Of a stretch of 64,000 nt of DNA, positions 60,990-64,000 are shown piece after piece (the stretch's first letter is position 1; each line of letters begins with the position of its first letter). The translations under genes were made by a program, and so were the position numbers. The DNA is taken from positions 124,001-188,000 of the forward strand of contig NIVC01001393.1 in assembly GCA_002269645.1 (NCBI GenBank), given 5' to 3'. The stretch is from Macrostomum lignano. Taxonomy: Eukaryota. Under the pieces are notes generated by a model. That model ran no database searches. It had not been told where the DNA came from and saw only the letters and a list, made by a program, of their open reading frames with translations.

Positions 60990-63900
60990 TTGAGGATCTG
61001 GGATCTAAACTAAAGATCTGCAGGGATCTAAACTCAGGATCTGGGATCTAAACTGAGGATCTGCAGGGATCTAAACTAAAGATCTGCAGGGATCTAAACT
61101 CAGGATCTGCAGGGATCTAAACTCAGGATCTGCAGGGATCTAAACTCAGGATCTGCAGGGATCTAAACTCAGGATCTGCAGGGATCTAAACTCAGGATCT
61201 GCAGGGATCTAAAATGAGGATCTGCAGGGATCTAAAATGAGGATCTGCAGGGATCTAAACTAAAGATCTGCAGGTATCTAAACTCAGGATCTGCAGGTAT
61301 CTAAACTCAGGATCTGCAGGGATCTAAACTCAGGATCTGCAGGGATCTAAACTCAGGATCTGCAGGGATCTAAACTCAGGATCTGCAGGGATCTAAACTC
61401 AGGATCTGCAGGGATCTAAAATTAGGATCTGCAGGGATCTAAAATGAGGATCTGCAGGGATCTAAACTAAAGATCTGCAGGGATCTAAACTCAGGATCTG
61501 CAGGTATCTAAACTCAGGATCTGCAGGGATCTAAACTCAGGATCTGCAGGGATCTAAACTCAGGATCTGCAGGGATCTAAACTCAGGATCTGCAGGGATC
61601 TAAACTAAAGATCTGCAGGGATCTAAACTCAGGATCTGCAGGTATCTAAACTCAGGATCTGCAGGGATCTAAAATGAGGATCTGCAGGGATCTAAAATGA
61701 GGATCTGCAGGGATCTAAACTAAAGATCTGCAGGTATCTAAACTCAGGATCTGCAGGTATCTAAACTCAGGATCTGCAGGGATCTAAACTCAGGATCTGC
61801 AGGGATCTAAACTCAGGATCTGCAGGGATCTAAACTCAGGATCTGCAGGGATCTAAACTAAAGATCTGCAGGGATCTAAACTCAGGATCTGCAGGTATCT
61901 AAACTCAGGATCTGCAGGGATCTAAACTCAGGATCTGCAGGGATCTAAACTCAGGATCTGCAGGGATCTAAACTCAGGATCTGCAGGGATCTAAACTAAA
62001 GATCTGCAGGTATCTAAACTCAGGATCTGCAGGTATCTAAACTCAGGATCTGCAGGGATCTAAACTCAGGATCTGCAGGGATCTAAACTCAGGATCTGCA
62101 GGGATCTAAACTCAGGATCTGCAGGGATCTAAACTAAAGATCTGCAGGGATCTAAACTCAGGATCTGCAGGTATCTAAACTCAGGATCTGCAGGGATCTA
62201 AACTCAAGATCTGCAGGGATCTAAACTCAGGATCTGCAGGGATCTAAACTCAGGATCTGCAGGAATCTAAACTAAAGATCTGCAGGTATCTAAACTCAGG
62301 ATCTGCGGGTATCTAAACTCAGGATCTGCAGGGATCTAAACTCAGGATCTGCAGGGATCTAAACTCAGGATCTGCAGGGATCTAAACTCAGGATCTGCAG
62401 GGATCTAAACTCAGGATCTGCAGGTATCTAAACTCAGGATCTGCAGGGATCTAAACTCAGGATCTGCAGGGATCTAAACTCAGGATCTGCAGGGATCTAA
62501 ACTCAGGATCTGCAGGGATCTAAACTCAGGATCTGCAGGGATCTAAACTAAAGATCTGCAGGTATCTAAACTCAGGATCTGCAGGGATCTAAACTCAGGA
62601 TCTGCAGGGATCTAAACTCAGGATCTGCAGGGATCTAAACTCAGGATCTGCAGGGATCTAAACTCAGGATCTGCAGGGATCTAAACTCAGGATCTGCAGG
62701 GATCTAAACTCAGGATCTGCAGGGATCTAAACTCAGGATCTGCAGGGATCTAAACTCAAGATCTGCAGGGATCTAAACTCAAGATCTGCAGGTATCTAAA
62801 CTCAGGATCTGCAGGTATCTAAACTCAAGATCTGCAGGGATCTAAACTCAGGATCTGCAGGTATCTAAACTCAAGATCTGCAGGTATCTAAACTCAGGAT
62901 CTGCAGGGATCTAAACTCAGGATCTGCAGGGATCTAAACTCAGGATCTGCAGGGATCTAAACTCAGGATCTGCAGGGATCTAAACTCAAGATCTGCAGGT
63001 ATCTAAACTCAGGATCTGCAGGGATCTAAACTCAGGATCTGCAGGGATCTAAACTCAGGATCTGCAGGGATCTAAACTGAGGATCTGCAGGGATCTAAAC
63101 TCAGGATCTGCAGGTATCTAAACTCAGGATCTGCAGGGATCTAAACTCAGGATCTGCAGGTATCTAAACTCAGGATCTGCAGGGATCTAAACTCAGGATC
63201 TGCAGGTATCTAAACTCAGGATCTGCAGGTATCTAAACTCAGGATCTGCAGGGATCTAAACTCAGGATCTGCAGGTATCTAAACTCAGGATCTGCAGGGA
63301 TCTAAACTCAGGATCTGCAGGGATCTAAACTCAGGATCTGCAGGGATCTAAACTGAGGATCTGCAGGTATCTAAACTCAGGATCTGCAGGGATCTAAACT
63401 CAGGATCTGCAGGGATCTAAACTGAGGATCTGCAGGGATCTAAACTCAGGATCTGCAGGGATCTAAACTCAGGATCTGCAGGGATCTAAAATGAGGATCT
63501 GCAGGGATCTAAACTCAGGATCTGCAGGGATCTAAACTCAGGATCTGCAGGGATCTAAACTCAGGATCTGCAGGGATCTAAACTGAGGATCTGCAGGGAT
63601 CTAAACTCAGGATCTGCAGGTATCTAAACTCAGGATCTGCAGGTATCTAAACTCAGGATCTGCAGGGATCTAAACTCAGGATCTGCAGGGATCTAAACTC
63701 AGGATCTGCAGGGATCTAAACTCAGGATCTGCAGGGATCTAAACTCAGGATCTGCAGGGATCTAAACTCAGGATCTGCAGGGATCTAAACTCAGGATCTG
63801 CAGGGATCTAAACTCAGGATCTGCAGGTATCTAAACTCAGGATCTGCAGGGATCTAAACTCAGGATCTGCAGGGATCTAAACTCAGGATCTGCAGGGATC

Positions 63901-64000
63901 TAAACTCAGGATCTGCAGGTATCTAAACTCAGGATCTGCAGGTATCTAAACTCAGGATCTGCAGGTATCTAAACTCAGGATCTGCAGGGATCTAAACTCA
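60990..64000. repeat. 23-bp satellite (GATCTGCAGGGATCTAAACTCAG)n, about 130 copies, continuing past the window end
   Basis: Highly homogeneous tandem array with recurrent variants (CTAAA, GGTATCT, AAATGAG). Confidence 0.97.

Noticed and set aside
60990-64000. CRISPR-like regular repeats
   Set aside because: The units are contiguous with no unique spacers, there are no cas genes, and the context is eukaryotic. The same applies to all other arrays.

Overview
Eukaryotic, intron-containing, repeat-rich animal DNA. It is most likely a free-living flatworm of the Macrostomum lignano type; this is inferred from the RTE-like LINE remnants, the innexin, and GC-rich exons set in minisatellite-laden introns, and it is not proven. 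Host genes: the terminal exon of a Cys-loop (nAChR-like) receptor subunit, a 2-exon membrane-anchored FkbM-family methyltransferase (-), a 2-exon innexin, a 7-exon SEC63, a possible orphan gene (-) divergent from SEC63, and two tandem insulin-like peptide genes with non-canonical cysteine patterns. Neither ILP gene is complete in the ORF track; both were reconstructed from splice sites. Mobile DNA: the 3' end of a Gypsy element, a complete LTR-to-LTR Gypsy deletion derivative (181-bp LTRs, 4-bp TSD), tRNA-derived SINEs, decayed LINEs, and many TIR miniature elements, some nested. The most unusual region is about 49.3-57.8 kb. There the 8-mer CCATAGAC/GTCTATGG occurs about 20 times, and same-orientation pairs bracket six 0.75-1.4 kb units. 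The units carry deleted Crypton-type tyrosine-recombinase genes or THAP/P-transposase pieces, and the motif orientation follows gene orientation, which suggests a site-specific-recombination cassette nest. About 16 tandem arrays are present, and the last 3 kb is a 23-bp satellite. All alignments, counts and splice models were made by eye and need computational confirmation.
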